A stretch of DNA of 64,000 nt from a virus (taxonomy: Duplodnaviria; Caudoviricetes). Each line of letters starts with the position of its first letter. Position 1 is the first letter of the stretch. Made by a program: the position numbers and the translations under genes. Below the pieces are notes generated by a model that searched no databases, was not told the DNA's origin, and worked only from the letters and a program-made list of their open reading frames with translations. The stretch is taken from positions 17,938 through 81,937 of IMG/VR virus record IMGVR_UViG_2866513116_000002; one strand, written 5' to 3'. Below, piece by piece: positions 17,388-27,592 of the stretch.

Positions 17388-17536
17388 CGACCCACTCCTG
17401 TGGTTGCACCGTGGACGGCACGCCGAAGTGCGCGTACGCCACCGGCCGCATTCCGGCATCGGGAGTCTTCAGCGTCCACGGCATTCCCCGTCCACCGGTC
17501 GTCGATGCGGGTTCGGCACACGACACACCAACACTT

Positions 17537-17586
17537 GGCGGGGCAAGGTTAGGCACGGCAAGCCGTGGCCTGGCATGGCATGGGAT
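17537..17586. repeat. Degenerate GG(C)NN pentamer tandem repeat, 10 units
   Basis: GGCGG GGCAA GGTTA GGCAC GGCAA GCCGT GGCCT GGCAT GGCAT GGGAT. Confidence 0.7.
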
Positions 17587-17617
17587 AGACACCAGCACAA
17601 CGAGGGAACGTGGACAC

Positions 17618-17935
17618 ATGGACAAGTGGCTGTCATGGATACCCACAGCACTGTCATCCAAGACGTCGATCATCATCGGCATCGCGATGTTCGCCTACCT
17701 CGTTGTGTTGGGTGCCGTCGGCATCCTGATCGGTCACCCGAGCCTCGTACCCGACAACGCACAGTTGGTCCTCGGGAACTATTGCAACGTGGCGAGCATG
17801 GTCGCTGCGGGCATCGCGGCAGGCGCCGGCCACAAGGCCGTGCAGAACCAACGCCGTGCACACGAGATGCACCAGCAGACCCACGAACTCCTCACCCAGA
17901 TCAGCGAACAACTCGACGTCCCAGATGCCGAGTAA
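17618..17935 (+). CDS. Membrane protein
   Basis: One or two TM helices; ATG after GAGGGA. Confidence 0.7.
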   Translation: MDKWLSWIPTALSSKTSIIIGIAMFAYLVVLGAVGILIGHPSLVPDNAQLVLGNYCNVASMVAAGIAAGAGHKAVQNQRRAHEMHQQTHELLTQISEQLDVPDAE

Positions 17936-18305
17936 GCCATCTCGACCATGCAGTAAGTGCGGTCGTAGAGCAGCGCCACAGAGCAACCTCTGTGACACCC
18001 ACACACGACAACGAGAACAACGACGAGGCAGTGCCGCCGACCGCGGGTACACCTCCGATGGTCACCAGTCCTTCCGCCGCTCAGTCCTCGCCCGGGATGG
18101 CTACCGGTGCACCTTCCCCGACTGCGACCACCGAGACCCCACCGGTCGGACACTCCACGCCGACCACCACCCCCACAGCCGCCGGGACCTCCTCGCACAG
18201 GGGCGCAACCCGAACGACCCCCGGTACGGCCGGACCCTCTGCCACTCCCACCACTCCTCCGAGACCGGACGCAAGGAAGGTCGAGGGAACCTCCACCGCG
18301 GGTAG
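17925..18305 (+). CDS. HNH endonuclease (packaging-associated, HK97 gp74-like)
   Basis: MP..P.RPC..C, RGSAADRGY, RDGYRC, ADHH, LCHSHHSSETG; directly before terminase. Confidence 0.85.
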   Translation: MPSKPSRPCSKCGRRAAPQSNLCDTHTRQREQRRGSAADRGYTSDGHQSFRRSVLARDGYRCTFPDCDHRDPTGRTLHADHHPHSRRDLLAQGRNPNDPRYGRTLCHSHHSSETGRKEGRGNLHRG

Positions 18306-18459
18306 CGCAGGGATCTCCGACCGGAGAGCCCTCCCACACTGGGGGAAGACCGGGAGAGCCCGACAGAGCACCGGGATGGACCCCACCATCCACCATCCCC
18401 ACCCCGGAGGGACCACACAGGACCCCGAGGTCACCACCCCCATGGGCTAGGGGGCACCC

Positions 18460-18530
18460 GAAACCTCTGCGCGTGGCACAAGAGGACCGCTTGGAAGCTC
18501 CCCGCGTGCCACTTCCAATTTTTCAAAAAA
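18460..18530. other. Putative cos packaging site
   Basis: Non-coding gap between HNH and TerS; GTGGCAC (18473-18479)/GTGCCAC (18506-18512) inverted repeat followed by an A/T tract. Confidence 0.5.
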
Positions 18531-18570
18531 TGTCAGAAATTCCCCCAATTACCGGGAGGTGATCGAAAAA

Positions 18571-19257
18571 ATGGCTGACCAGCATGTTTGCGTTGACTGT
18601 GGCCAGACCTTCGACCCTCCGGGAGGGCGGGGAAGGCCACCATCCCGCTGCGAGTCGTGCCGGGAGGGCCGCGGACCGAAGTCGGGGGCGTGCGCGCACT
18701 GCGGGAGCGAGATCAAGCCCGTGAAGGGTCGCGGTCGCGGTCGTCCGAACGCTTACTGCTCGGTGGATTGCCGTCGGCAGGCCCAGTGGGAGCGCGCCCG
18801 GGTGCGCGGCCACGGTGAAGAGACGCCCGATGACGTCGATTCGATCATTGACATCCGCCGCGCGCAGAAGTCCGAGCCCCGCGAGCCGTCGGCGGCCGCC
18901 ATTGGCGATGTGAAGCCGCCGTGGGGCCTCACCGAGGGCGCCGAGAGGGTCTGGATGGACCTTGCACCCGATCTGGTGCGCAAGAAGATCCTGACAGCGG
19001 CCGATGTGCACCTGTTTTCGGTCTACTGCGAGGCTGCGGCGATGTACAAGGAGTGCCGCGACCTCCTTGGTGACCGCTACATCGGCAAGGGCGCTGCCGG
19101 CGGGGACATCGTGTCGCCGTACTTCCAGGCCATGGTGAAGTGCCAGCAGCAGATGGTGCAGATCGGCGCCCGGATGGGCCTCACACCGGCCGATCGGGCC
19201 CGCCTTGCTTCCGCCGACGAGCCCGACGCCTCCGGCCTGGATGAACTGATCTCCTGA
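18571..19257 (+). CDS. Terminase small subunit, P27 family, with N-terminal Zn fingers
   Basis: PP..L...A..VW, YCEA, GLTPADRARL motifs. Confidence 0.9.
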   Translation: MADQHVCVDCGQTFDPPGGRGRPPSRCESCREGRGPKSGACAHCGSEIKPVKGRGRGRPNAYCSVDCRRQAQWERARVRGHGEETPDDVDSIIDIRRAQKSEPREPSAAAIGDVKPPWGLTEGAERVWMDLAPDLVRKKILTAADVHLFSVYCEAAAMYKECRDLLGDRYIGKGAAGGDIVSPYFQAMVKCQQQMVQIGARMGLTPADRARLASADEPDASGLDELIS

Positions 19258-19258
19258 G

Positions 19259-20938
19259 ATGGACCTGCCACCCTGTGGCCGGTCACTCGGTGGTCACACC
19301 TGCACCGAGGTGGGGGAGCACTTCTGCGTCCCGCGTGCCGATCACGCGCAGCGGTTCATCGAGACCGCGCTGAAGCACACCAAAGGCCGTTTCGCGCGGA
19401 CAGCGTTCACGCTCCTGTACTTCCAACGCGAGGAGATCGTCCGGCCGTTGTTCGGCACGGTCGTGTGGGACGAGGAGCACGAGTGCTACCGGCGCCGATA
19501 CCGCATCGCCTGGATCGAGATTGCCCGGAAGAACGGGAAGTCCGAGCTGCTGGCGGCGATCATGCTGACGGTCTTCTTCTGCGACGGCGAGTATGGCGCA
19601 GAGCTCTTCTCGATCGCCCGGGACCGGAAGCAGGCGGCGCTGATCTTCGACGTCGCGGTGCAGATGATCAAGTTCAACCCGGCGCTGGCGAAGCTGTGCA
19701 AGATCATCCCGAGCCAGCGACGCATCATCAAGACGAACTCGAACTCGATCTATCAGGTCCTCGCGAACGACGCGGCCGGTGCGCTCGGATCCAATCCGAG
19801 CGCGGTGGCCGCCGACGAGATCCTGGCGTGGCATGACGGCGGCATGTGGGAGGCACTGCGCACGGGCATGGGCTCGCTGGCGCGGGTGCAACCGCTATTC
19901 GTGGCCGCGACCACTGCCGGATATGACACCGAGAGCTTCGGGCACAAGGAGCACACCGAGATGCTCCGAGTCGCCGAGGATCCCAGCTACATGCCTCACT
20001 GCTTCTCCTACATCCGGGCGCTGCCGCGAGACGCCGACGCCTTCGACGAGGACAACTGGTCAATCGCCAACCCTGCGCTGAAGACTCCGGACAACCCCGA
20101 CGGGTTCCTCTCGATGCAGTCGATGCGGGAGATGGCTCTCGAGGCGAAGAACAATCCATTGAAGCTCAACGGATTCCTGCAGTTCCAGCAGAACCAGTGG
20201 ACCAACCAGGCTGTGCGGTGGATGCCGATGCACCTGTTCGACGGCTCTCGCGGGACTGTCTACCGATCGGCGCCCGACACGATGGAGCAGTTCGCCGGTC
20301 GAGAGTGCTGGATGGGGATCGACCTCGCCGGCCGCCAGGACCTTACGAGCATCTGCTACCTGTTCCCGGACGGCGAGTCGTGCGACGTGGTGTGGCGCCA
20401 CTTCTGTCCGGAGGGTGCGCTGACGCGGCTCGACGAGCGCAACTCGGGTCGGTTCTCTCGCGAGTTCGTCACGGAGGGATGGTTGACCGTCACCGAGGGT
20501 GACGTCCTCGACTTCGAGAAGGTGTACGCCCAGATCGAAGAGGACTCGCGCCGATTCCGCATCCTCGGCGCCGACATGGATGTGTGGTCGTCGGCGCCCG
20601 TGCTGCAGGCTCTCGAAGAACGGCTCTACACAGAGATTTTCGCCTACGCCAACGACTTCAAGCACATGAGCGACTCGATGCACCGCATCTTGGAACTCAC
20701 GACCGAGAAGAAGTTCCGGTGGCATGGGAATCCGTTGGCCCGGTGGTGTTTCGACGCCGTGCAGGCCCGTATCGCCGCATACGACCCGAATCTGATCCGT
20801 CCTGACAAGCCCAACCGCGACACCGAATCGAAGCGAATCGACGCCGTGCCGGCCGCCATCATGGCGGTCAACGCCTGGCAGGGCCGCGGTACCGCGTCGA
20901 CCTCGTATTACGCCGACAACGACGTCATGACCCTGTGA
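19259..20938 (+). CDS. Terminase large subunit
   Basis: ARKNGKS Walker A, ADE Walker B, TTAG, GIDLA, RIDAV nuclease motifs. Confidence 0.97.
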   Translation: MDLPPCGRSLGGHTCTEVGEHFCVPRADHAQRFIETALKHTKGRFARTAFTLLYFQREEIVRPLFGTVVWDEEHECYRRRYRIAWIEIARKNGKSELLAAIMLTVFFCDGEYGAELFSIARDRKQAALIFDVAVQMIKFNPALAKLCKIIPSQRRIIKTNSNSIYQVLANDAAGALGSNPSAVAADEILAWHDGGMWEALRTGMGSLARVQPLFVAATTAGYDTESFGHKEHTEMLRVAEDPSYMPHCFSYIRALPRDADAFDEDNWSIANPALKTPDNPDGFLSMQSMREMALEAKNNPLKLNGFLQFQQNQWTNQAVRWMPMHLFDGSRGTVYRSAPDTMEQFAGRECWMGIDLAGRQDLTSICYLFPDGESCDVVWRHFCPEGALTRLDERNSGRFSREFVTEGWLTVTEGDVLDFEKVYAQIEEDSRRFRILGADMDVWSSAPVLQALEERLYTEIFAYANDFKHMSDSMHRILELTTEKKFRWHGNPLARWCFDAVQARIAAYDPNLIRPDKPNRDTESKRIDAVPAAIMAVNAWQGRGTASTSYYADNDVMTL

Positions 20939-20948
20939 GGAGGTGCCG

Positions 20949-21254
20949 ATGCTGATCGCGCTCATCGTCTTCGCTGTCGCCGCTGTGGTGTCGGTGTTGG
21001 TGAATATCTTTCTCGCGCTACGGATTCGCGCCATCCGGAGTGACCCGCTGTGTCGGCGCATCCTGCAGCGCCTCGTCATCACCTCAGACGATCCTGTCTT
21101 CACCGGAGTGCTCCGAGAGGTGGGCCAGGGCCGGGATGGGCATGTGGTGTTCTCCGACTGCCAGCTCGTCGAGGGCAAGCAGGCGATCGCAGGTGACGTG
21201 ATCAAGGCGAAGTCGCAGATCGTGACCTACCAGGTGCCTCATGCTGCTGGCTAA
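20949..21254 (+). CDS. Phage protein with N-terminal TM helix
   Basis: GAGGAGG RBS; between TerL and portal. Confidence 0.7.
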   Translation: MLIALIVFAVAAVVSVLVNIFLALRIRAIRSDPLCRRILQRLVITSDDPVFTGVLREVGQGRDGHVVFSDCQLVEGKQAIAGDVIKAKSQIVTYQVPHAAG

Positions 21255-22749
21255 CGGCCTGCAGATCGCCCCGCAGGCCCTCGCTGAGGTCACCCCGCAG
21301 CTCGCCGAGTCCTACTGGTATCAGGACGGCGGCGCGCTGCAGCTAGAGCACACGTACGCGCTCTACGGCGAGATCTACCGCTCCGAGCCGTGGGTGGCGG
21401 CCGTGGTGAACAAGCGCGCCGACGCCATCGCGCGGTTGCCGATGCATGTGTGGTCCGACGACGGCCCAACCCGGCTACAGGTCACCCCTGCGCAGTCGGG
21501 ATACGCCAAGCTCATCGCGCAACCCTGCTACTACCTCGACTCGTACACGTTCTGGTCCTGGGTGGCCACCACCTACGACATCTATGGCGAGACATATCTG
21601 GCGATCGTGTTCGACGACAACGGTATTCCGGTGACGCTCATGCCCATGCACCCTTCGCGGGTCGCGGTCCGGCGAGATCCCGATACCGGAAAGCATGAGT
21701 ATCTCTTCATGGCCGGCAACGCCCTGGGGGCGGGGCTGGTGAAGTTCGGCGATGGGGAAGTCGTGCCGATCCGTTCGTACAACCCCGCCGGCACCGAGCG
21801 CGGGCTGTCGAAGATGGAGCCGCTGCGGTCGACGATCTTCGCTGAGGACTCGTCCCGGACCGCCGATGCGGCGATGAAGACCAACGGTGGTCGTCCGAAC
21901 GTCGTGCTGTCCACCGACAAGGTGCTGGGTCCAGACGGTAAGAAGCGGCTACGCGACAGCTGGAATCAGGCGCATGCCGGATCGTCGAACGCCGGTAAGG
22001 CTCTCGTGCTCGAGGATGGGGTGACCGCGTCCCCGGTGCAGTTGACGTCGGTGGAGCTGCAGATGATCGAGGCGCGCCACCTCAACCGCGAGGAGATTTG
22101 CGCGGTGTACGACGTCGCGCCGCCGATGGTGCACGACCTGACCCGAGCGACGTTCTCCAACATCGCCTCCCAGATGCGGGCGTTCTATCGGGACACCATG
22201 GCTCCGGTGATCGAGCGGTTCGAGTCGGCCTTCGATTTCTACGTGGGCCAGTTCTTCGATCCCAAGTTGGCGGTCCGCTTCGACGACGCCGATGTCACCC
22301 GAGGTGATTTCGAGCAGCGCGCCACCTCGGCGCAGGCGCTCGTCGTGATCGGCGCGCTCACGCCCAACGAGGCACGCGAACTCATGGGCTTCGGCCGGTT
22401 CAAGGACGCCAAGGCTGACAAGTTGTACGCCAACTCGGCGCAGCAGCCCCTCGGTGAGCCCACCGAGCAGATCCGCCTCACCGGGGAAGTGCTGAACGAC
22501 CCGGACGGCATTGCCGTGGCGCCTCCGGGGCCCACGACCGACGTTCCCGCGATCGCCGGTGGCACACATCAGATTCCGCAACTCACCGCCCCGTCAGCCA
22601 AGGCCGTCCGCGATCTCAAAGCCGAAGTCGGCCGCGGGAAGTCCATCGCCGACGCCGCCCGCGCGCTCGCGCAGAAGAGCCCCGACGACCTCAACGACAT
22701 CGCCGCCGCCGTCCTGACGGCGATGGCAGCCCAGCGCGAGAACGCATAA
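21241..22749 (+). CDS. Portal protein (HK97 family)
   Basis: IARLP, YGETY, GLS, LEDG, TFSN, LTPNEARE motifs. Confidence 0.95.
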   Translation: MLLANGLQIAPQALAEVTPQLAESYWYQDGGALQLEHTYALYGEIYRSEPWVAAVVNKRADAIARLPMHVWSDDGPTRLQVTPAQSGYAKLIAQPCYYLDSYTFWSWVATTYDIYGETYLAIVFDDNGIPVTLMPMHPSRVAVRRDPDTGKHEYLFMAGNALGAGLVKFGDGEVVPIRSYNPAGTERGLSKMEPLRSTIFAEDSSRTADAAMKTNGGRPNVVLSTDKVLGPDGKKRLRDSWNQAHAGSSNAGKALVLEDGVTASPVQLTSVELQMIEARHLNREEICAVYDVAPPMVHDLTRATFSNIASQMRAFYRDTMAPVIERFESAFDFYVGQFFDPKLAVRFDDADVTRGDFEQRATSAQALVVIGALTPNEARELMGFGRFKDAKADKLYANSAQQPLGEPTEQIRLTGEVLNDPDGIAVAPPGPTTDVPAIAGGTHQIPQLTAPSAKAVRDLKAEVGRGKSIADAARALAQKSPDDLNDIAAAVLTAMAAQRENA

Positions 22750-22843
22750 GAAAAACCGCCGATCGCATCGCCATTGGGTATCGGGCCGAACATGGATCAG
22801 CGGCTTTCACCAACTCTATACCGCCTGAACGACAGGAGACGCA

Positions 22844-24019
22844 ATGTTCATCCAGGATAAGGCTGTCGCCGACATCACCTCTTCCGGTGACGATTTCGGC
22901 CCCAACGGCGGATTCGAGGCGATCTTGTCGGCTCCTACCCTCGATCGGGACGGCGACGTGTTCGCAACCAATGAGTGGAAGACCCCGCTCCCGGACAAGA
23001 TCACCGTGGACGTCGATCATGAGATGTCCGTCTCGGGAACGATCGGCTCGGCGAAGCCCTACATCGCCGACGACGGCACCCTGCGCATACGCGCATCGTT
23101 CGCGAGCACCGCCAAGGCGCAGGAGGTCCGAACCCTGGTGCAGGAGGGCCACATCGACTCAGTTTCGGTGGCGTGCATGACCGACAAGACGCTCAAGAAG
23201 GCCGGCGAGCCGTGCCGGGAGCTGCTGAATGCCGGGGTGGTCGCGGTGCCGTCGAATCGTGAGGCCAAAATCCTTGCGTCGAAGGCCAAGGACGGCGGGA
23301 CCGTCAAGGCCGGCGCCCGAAACTCCAAGTCCGATCAACAGTGGATTCAGGCTGCGCACGACGCCACGATTATGGCCGGCGCCGACTGTGTCGAGGAGAT
23401 CTCCGACGACGGCGGTGAGGCCGACGGCGCCAACAAGTCCGCCGCCCGAGACAACGAGCCTGCGTTCGTCATCGGCGCGAAGGCGGTCAAGGGATCGTTG
23501 GAGGATCTCCAGTCCACCATCGGAGAAGCACTCGATGCCGCCTACGCCAACTCCGGTGCATCGTTCTCCTACCTCGTCGCTACCTTCCTGTCCGGTGACG
23601 GTGGGACGATCGTCTATCGCCTGTACCCGGCGAATGACGGCCCCTCGCAGACCCTCTCGCGTGCCTTCACTCTCGCGGAAGACGGGTCGGTGACCCTGTC
23701 GACTGAAGTTGAGGCGGTCGAACTCGTCACCACCACCACGATCGCCGAGAAGGCCGCAGGTCCCGAGCGAAAGCCCGAGCCCACCATCACCCTCGAGCAG
23801 TTCGAGCAACTGCTCGCCAAAGCCACCGGTCAGATGGCCGGTCCGCCACAACACGAGGCCAAGTCTCCCGTCGACGCTCCCGCAGATCCTCCCGCGCCCG
23901 AGGGCGCCGCTGGTGATGCCGCTGCGAAGGCCGCTGATGGTGCCGAGTCCGACGTGGCCGAGGAACTACCCACACACCTGCTGGACATGGTCAACGCGGC
24001 CAAGTCCCGCCTGGAGTAG
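22844..24019 (+). CDS. HK97-family prohead protease with scaffold-like extension
   Basis: DRDGD, DHE, SVSV, VPSNREA; position between portal and capsid. Confidence 0.85.
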   Translation: MFIQDKAVADITSSGDDFGPNGGFEAILSAPTLDRDGDVFATNEWKTPLPDKITVDVDHEMSVSGTIGSAKPYIADDGTLRIRASFASTAKAQEVRTLVQEGHIDSVSVACMTDKTLKKAGEPCRELLNAGVVAVPSNREAKILASKAKDGGTVKAGARNSKSDQQWIQAAHDATIMAGADCVEEISDDGGEADGANKSAARDNEPAFVIGAKAVKGSLEDLQSTIGEALDAAYANSGASFSYLVATFLSGDGGTIVYRLYPANDGPSQTLSRAFTLAEDGSVTLSTEVEAVELVTTTTIAEKAAGPERKPEPTITLEQFEQLLAKATGQMAGPPQHEAKSPVDAPADPPAPEGAAGDAAAKAADGAESDVAEELPTHLLDMVNAAKSRLE

Positions 24020-24064
24020 TTCCTCACCTGTCCGAAAGGCATTCGGACTCAACCCATCCCATAC

Positions 24065-24095
24065 AAACCCCCGCACTCACCGTGTGGGGGTTTTT
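24065..24095 (+). terminator. Stem-loop with T tail between protease and capsid genes
   Basis: AAACCCCCGCAC/GTGTGGGGGTTT followed by TT. Confidence 0.55.
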
Positions 24096-24114
24096 GCATG
24101 AAAGGACACCGATC

Positions 24115-25638
24115 ATGGCCACGGCCAAGCAGATCGAGACCCGTCAGCGTGAACTCGACAAGAAGATCGCCGACATCTACCAGAGCACCGAGCTCACCAC
24201 CGCCGAGAAGTCGTCTCAGCTCGATGCCATCGCCCCTGACTACGAGGCGCTGCAGAAGGAGTTCGAGCTGTCTGAGCGCGTCACCGAGATGCGCTCCAAG
24301 CTCAAGGCTCCCGACTCCGGTGCCGAAACCGAGGACGGCGCACCGATCCGGATGGCCACCGGCCGGATGGAGGCGCGGACCCTGCGCCAGACCAAGCGCG
24401 CGCTCGCCTACGCGCTGGCCAATCACCCGCAGATGCGCTCCGCCGTCGAGGAACTCGGCGGCATCGCTGTCGAGGGCAAGTCGCAGGGATTCAAGGGTGA
24501 GGCGTTCGAGAAAAAGTTCTCGGTCGAGCTCAAGGATTCCACCGCCGCCGGCAACGGCATGGGTGAGGGATTCTTCGGCGCCGGCCCGGGCGTGGCCGCC
24601 GGTCAGAACCTCTTCGCTCCGGGCGCCTGGGGTGAAGGCATCCTCCCGACGTTCCTCCCGGGCATTGTGCAGCAGCCGCTCTATGACCTGTCGATCGCCG
24701 ACATCCTGCCCGCGATCTCGGTGTCGACGCCGATGATGAGCTACCTGATGCAGGGGGCGACCGCATGGAACGCCGCGGAGACCGCCGAGGGTGCGGCCTA
24801 CCCGTTCAGCTCGGTCCAGTTCACCCGGGTCGATGAGCAGGTCGGCAAGATCACCAACGCCGCCGAGGTCTCCGACGAGGGTGTGCGGGATGCCCCGCAG
24901 CTGTTCTCGTTCCTGCAGAACGAACTCATCACCGGCATCGAGCGCCAGGAAGAGGTGCAGCTCCTCGCTGGCAACGGCTACCCGGGCGTCAATGGCCTGC
25001 TGAACCGTGCCTCGGGCTTCACTCAGGACGCCACGGCGGTGACCGCGGGTGCCGCCGTGAACTTCCCGGCCGTCGGCACCCCCGCCGCGGGCGTGACGTC
25101 GCAGGCCCTCACTGGTCTGCGGTACGGCCGCGTCATCGCCGGCTCTTACGCCAACTCGGCGGGCGCCTACCCGACCGGCGTGCAGATCGGCCTCGGCCTG
25201 CTGTCGGCGATCACGCAGGTGAAGTACAACAGCTGGATCGCACCCAACGCGGTGCTCATCAACCCCCTCGACTGGGAGCTGATGCGCAAGGCGACCGACA
25301 ACAACGGCCAGTTCTTCGGCGGCTCGTTCTTCGGCACCAACTACGGCTACGCACAGGGCGGCGGTACCACCCTGTGGGATACCCGCGTCGTGCAGACCCC
25401 GTCGATCCCGCAGGGGTCGATCTTGCTCGGTGGCTTCTACCCCGAGACGATCACCGCGGCCCGCAAGGAAGCCATCTCGGTGCAGATGAGCAACCAGAAC
25501 GGCACCAACTTCGTCGACGGCATGGTCACCGTGCGCGCCGAGGAACGCCTCGGCCTGATGGTGTTCAAGCCCGCGGCCTTCCAGCTGATCCAGCTGGCCA
25601 CCGGCACCTCCACCGTCGCGGCTCCGTCCGGCGAGTGA
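24115..25638 (+). CDS. Major capsid protein (HK97 fold)
   Basis: Coiled-coil delta domain, AEGAAYP, LLAGNG, INPLDW, RAEERLG; GAAAGGA RBS. Confidence 0.95.
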   Translation: MATAKQIETRQRELDKKIADIYQSTELTTAEKSSQLDAIAPDYEALQKEFELSERVTEMRSKLKAPDSGAETEDGAPIRMATGRMEARTLRQTKRALAYALANHPQMRSAVEELGGIAVEGKSQGFKGEAFEKKFSVELKDSTAAGNGMGEGFFGAGPGVAAGQNLFAPGAWGEGILPTFLPGIVQQPLYDLSIADILPAISVSTPMMSYLMQGATAWNAAETAEGAAYPFSSVQFTRVDEQVGKITNAAEVSDEGVRDAPQLFSFLQNELITGIERQEEVQLLAGNGYPGVNGLLNRASGFTQDATAVTAGAAVNFPAVGTPAAGVTSQALTGLRYGRVIAGSYANSAGAYPTGVQIGLGLLSAITQVKYNSWIAPNAVLINPLDWELMRKATDNNGQFFGGSFFGTNYGYAQGGGTTLWDTRVVQTPSIPQGSILLGGFYPETITAARKEAISVQMSNQNGTNFVDGMVTVRAEERLGLMVFKPAAFQLIQLATGTSTVAAPSGE

Positions 25639-25643
25639 TCTGA

Positions 25644-25674
25644 ACGCCGGGGCGTCCGCGTGGCGCCCCGGCGT
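25644..25674 (+). terminator. GC-rich hairpin after capsid gene
   Basis: ACGCCGGGGCG/CGCCCCGGCGT inverted repeat. Confidence 0.55.
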
Positions 25675-25703
25675 CCCACTCTCTCACCAGCGAAAGGGAT
25701 TCC

Positions 25704-25904
25704 ATGATCTCGGATATCGATCCGTGGCACATGAGCCTGCGGCGACCGTTCGGCAAGACCATCCCCACCGGTCGGCACGAACTCACCCCGGATGACCCCG
25801 ATGAAGAGACCGTCGAGGACGTCGCCGAGAAGGTGGAGCAGAAGGTCGTCGAGCGACCCGCGCCGAAGTCCACGAGCAAGACCACTGGGGCACAGGGTAA
25901 GTGA
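25704..25904 (+). CDS. Small phage head-associated protein
   Basis: GAAAGG RBS; position after MCP. Confidence 0.65.
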   Translation: MISDIDPWHMSLRRPFGKTIPTGRHELTPDDPDEETVEDVAEKVEQKVVERPAPKSTSKTTGAQGK

Positions 25905-26506
25905 CCACCCCGCAGTTCGCGGCGTCGGATGCGATGCTCGTCGCCCCTTCGACGATCACCGCTCCGGCGTTCACCCCTGCGCAGATGTCGACGGCAGTCG
26001 GTGTGGCCTCAGCGATGATCACCGGCTACACCGGTCGGTCGTTCGTGGCCAACGCCTCCGACACCGTGACCCTCACTGCATCGGCTGACGGCTTTCAGCT
26101 GCCCCAATACCCGGTCACCGCAATCACATCCGTGTCCATCCTCACCGATACCGGATGGGTGGTCTGCGATCCATCCACCTACTCGTCCGACGAGACCGGG
26201 TGGGTGACGATGCCGATGTCGGCGATGAACTACATGGTGGAGCTGGGGTCCACAACCCCCGCTCCACTGTTGCCCGACTACGGGTGGCAGGTGCAGGTGG
26301 TGTACTCCCACGGCTACACCACCGTCCCCACAGACATCGCCGCGGTGTGCACACATCTCGCAACCCAGTACCTCGACAATCCCTTCGGCTCGATCGAGCA
26401 GAAGGTGGGGGAGATTGCCGACCGCTACGCACCACAGCGCGCTGGCGATCTCGAGCCGTGGGTGACGAAAATCCTCGACCGGTACGCCGACGTGGGTGTG
26501 GCGTGA
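25901..26506 (+). CDS. Head-to-tail connector/adaptor
   Basis: AS..ITGYTGR, V.YSHGY..VP.DI motifs. Confidence 0.8.
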   Translation: MTTPQFAASDAMLVAPSTITAPAFTPAQMSTAVGVASAMITGYTGRSFVANASDTVTLTASADGFQLPQYPVTAITSVSILTDTGWVVCDPSTYSSDETGWVTMPMSAMNYMVELGSTTPAPLLPDYGWQVQVVYSHGYTTVPTDIAAVCTHLATQYLDNPFGSIEQKVGEIADRYAPQRAGDLEPWVTKILDRYADVGVA

Positions 26507-26859
26507 TCTACGGCAACGACTCCGGGACGTTCTCGGTGCCGTCTGCTGTGACGCAGCTGGACAAGCACTTCCAGCCGATCAACAACCCCGCCACCGTTTC
26601 CGTGCAGGGGCTGTCGATGCAACCGGTGTCCACCAGTGAGGTCATCTCCAATACGGATCTCACCATCGACGACTCCAAACTGCTGATCCCCGCGACACAG
26701 ATGCCGTCAGGAATCACCACCGAATGCACCTACACCCCAACCGGATCGACCGACATCTATCAGATCGTCGGTGAGCCGCGCCCGTGGACCAACCGACTCG
26801 GCATCCCGCACCACACCACGGTGTATCTCCGGAAAGCGAGGGCTACCAGTGGCGCTTAA
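26503..26859 (+). CDS. Head-tail stopper/closure protein
   Basis: QP, Y.IVGEP..W, HH motifs; synteny. Confidence 0.75.
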   Translation: MIYGNDSGTFSVPSAVTQLDKHFQPINNPATVSVQGLSMQPVSTSEVISNTDLTIDDSKLLIPATQMPSGITTECTYTPTGSTDIYQIVGEPRPWTNRLGIPHHTTVYLRKARATSGA

Positions 26860-27187
26860 CGTCTCCGAACTCGAGAAGGCGCTCGCCGGTCCGATGGTGA
26901 CCGCCGAGGTACTCAAGCGCACCGAGGAAGTCGCCGAGTACTGGCGATCCCTCACCCAGGGAGTGTTCGAGCACCAGAAGGAGCACACCCTGAAGTCGGG
27001 GTACGTCGAGGAGCCGGGGGATTACGAGCGCTCCATCCGGGCAAAGACCATCCGTCGCAAGGATGGATCAATCAAGGGGCGCGTGGAGTCCACAGACTAC
27101 AAGGCGCACTGGATCGAGTACGGGTCTTCGAAGATGCCCACCTACGCGTTCGCCGAGAAGACCCGAAGCCACTTCACCAATGGCTAA
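26849..27187 (+). CDS. HK97 gp10-like neck protein
   Basis: G.Y..SI, AHWIEYGS motif. Confidence 0.75.
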   Translation: MALNVSELEKALAGPMVTAEVLKRTEEVAEYWRSLTQGVFEHQKEHTLKSGYVEEPGDYERSIRAKTIRRKDGSIKGRVESTDYKAHWIEYGSSKMPTYAFAEKTRSHFTNG

Positions 27188-27581
27188 CTTCGTCTGGACC
27201 TTCCCGGACGCCGAGGATCTGGTGTGTTCCTACCTGAATCCTCTGTGTCCCAACAATGTCCGTCCCGAGATGGACAACTCCGCAGGGCTCCCCTTCGTGC
27301 TGATCCGCTGCATCGCGGCCGGTAACGACGGGGTCACCGACTATGCCAGCGTGCAAGTCGATTTTTTCCACAACAACCGATCGAGTGCCAATGACCTTGC
27401 TCAGCAGGGACATTCACTCATGGTCGACATCAAGTCGGCACCCATATCGGTCAACGGGCAGCTCGTGTCCATCGACCGATTCCAGGTCATCCAGAGGCCC
27501 ATCTGGATGCCCTACGACGACGAGAACCTCAAGCGGTTCGTCGGCCGCTACCAACTCGACACGCGCATCTGCGTGCTCTGA
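27180..27581 (+). CDS. Tail terminator
   Basis: PDAE, LPFV, synteny before major tail. Confidence 0.75.
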   Translation: MANFVWTFPDAEDLVCSYLNPLCPNNVRPEMDNSAGLPFVLIRCIAAGNDGVTDYASVQVDFFHNNRSSANDLAQQGHSLMVDIKSAPISVNGQLVSIDRFQVIQRPIWMPYDDENLKRFVGRYQLDTRICVL

Positions 27582-27592
27582 AAGGAATCATC

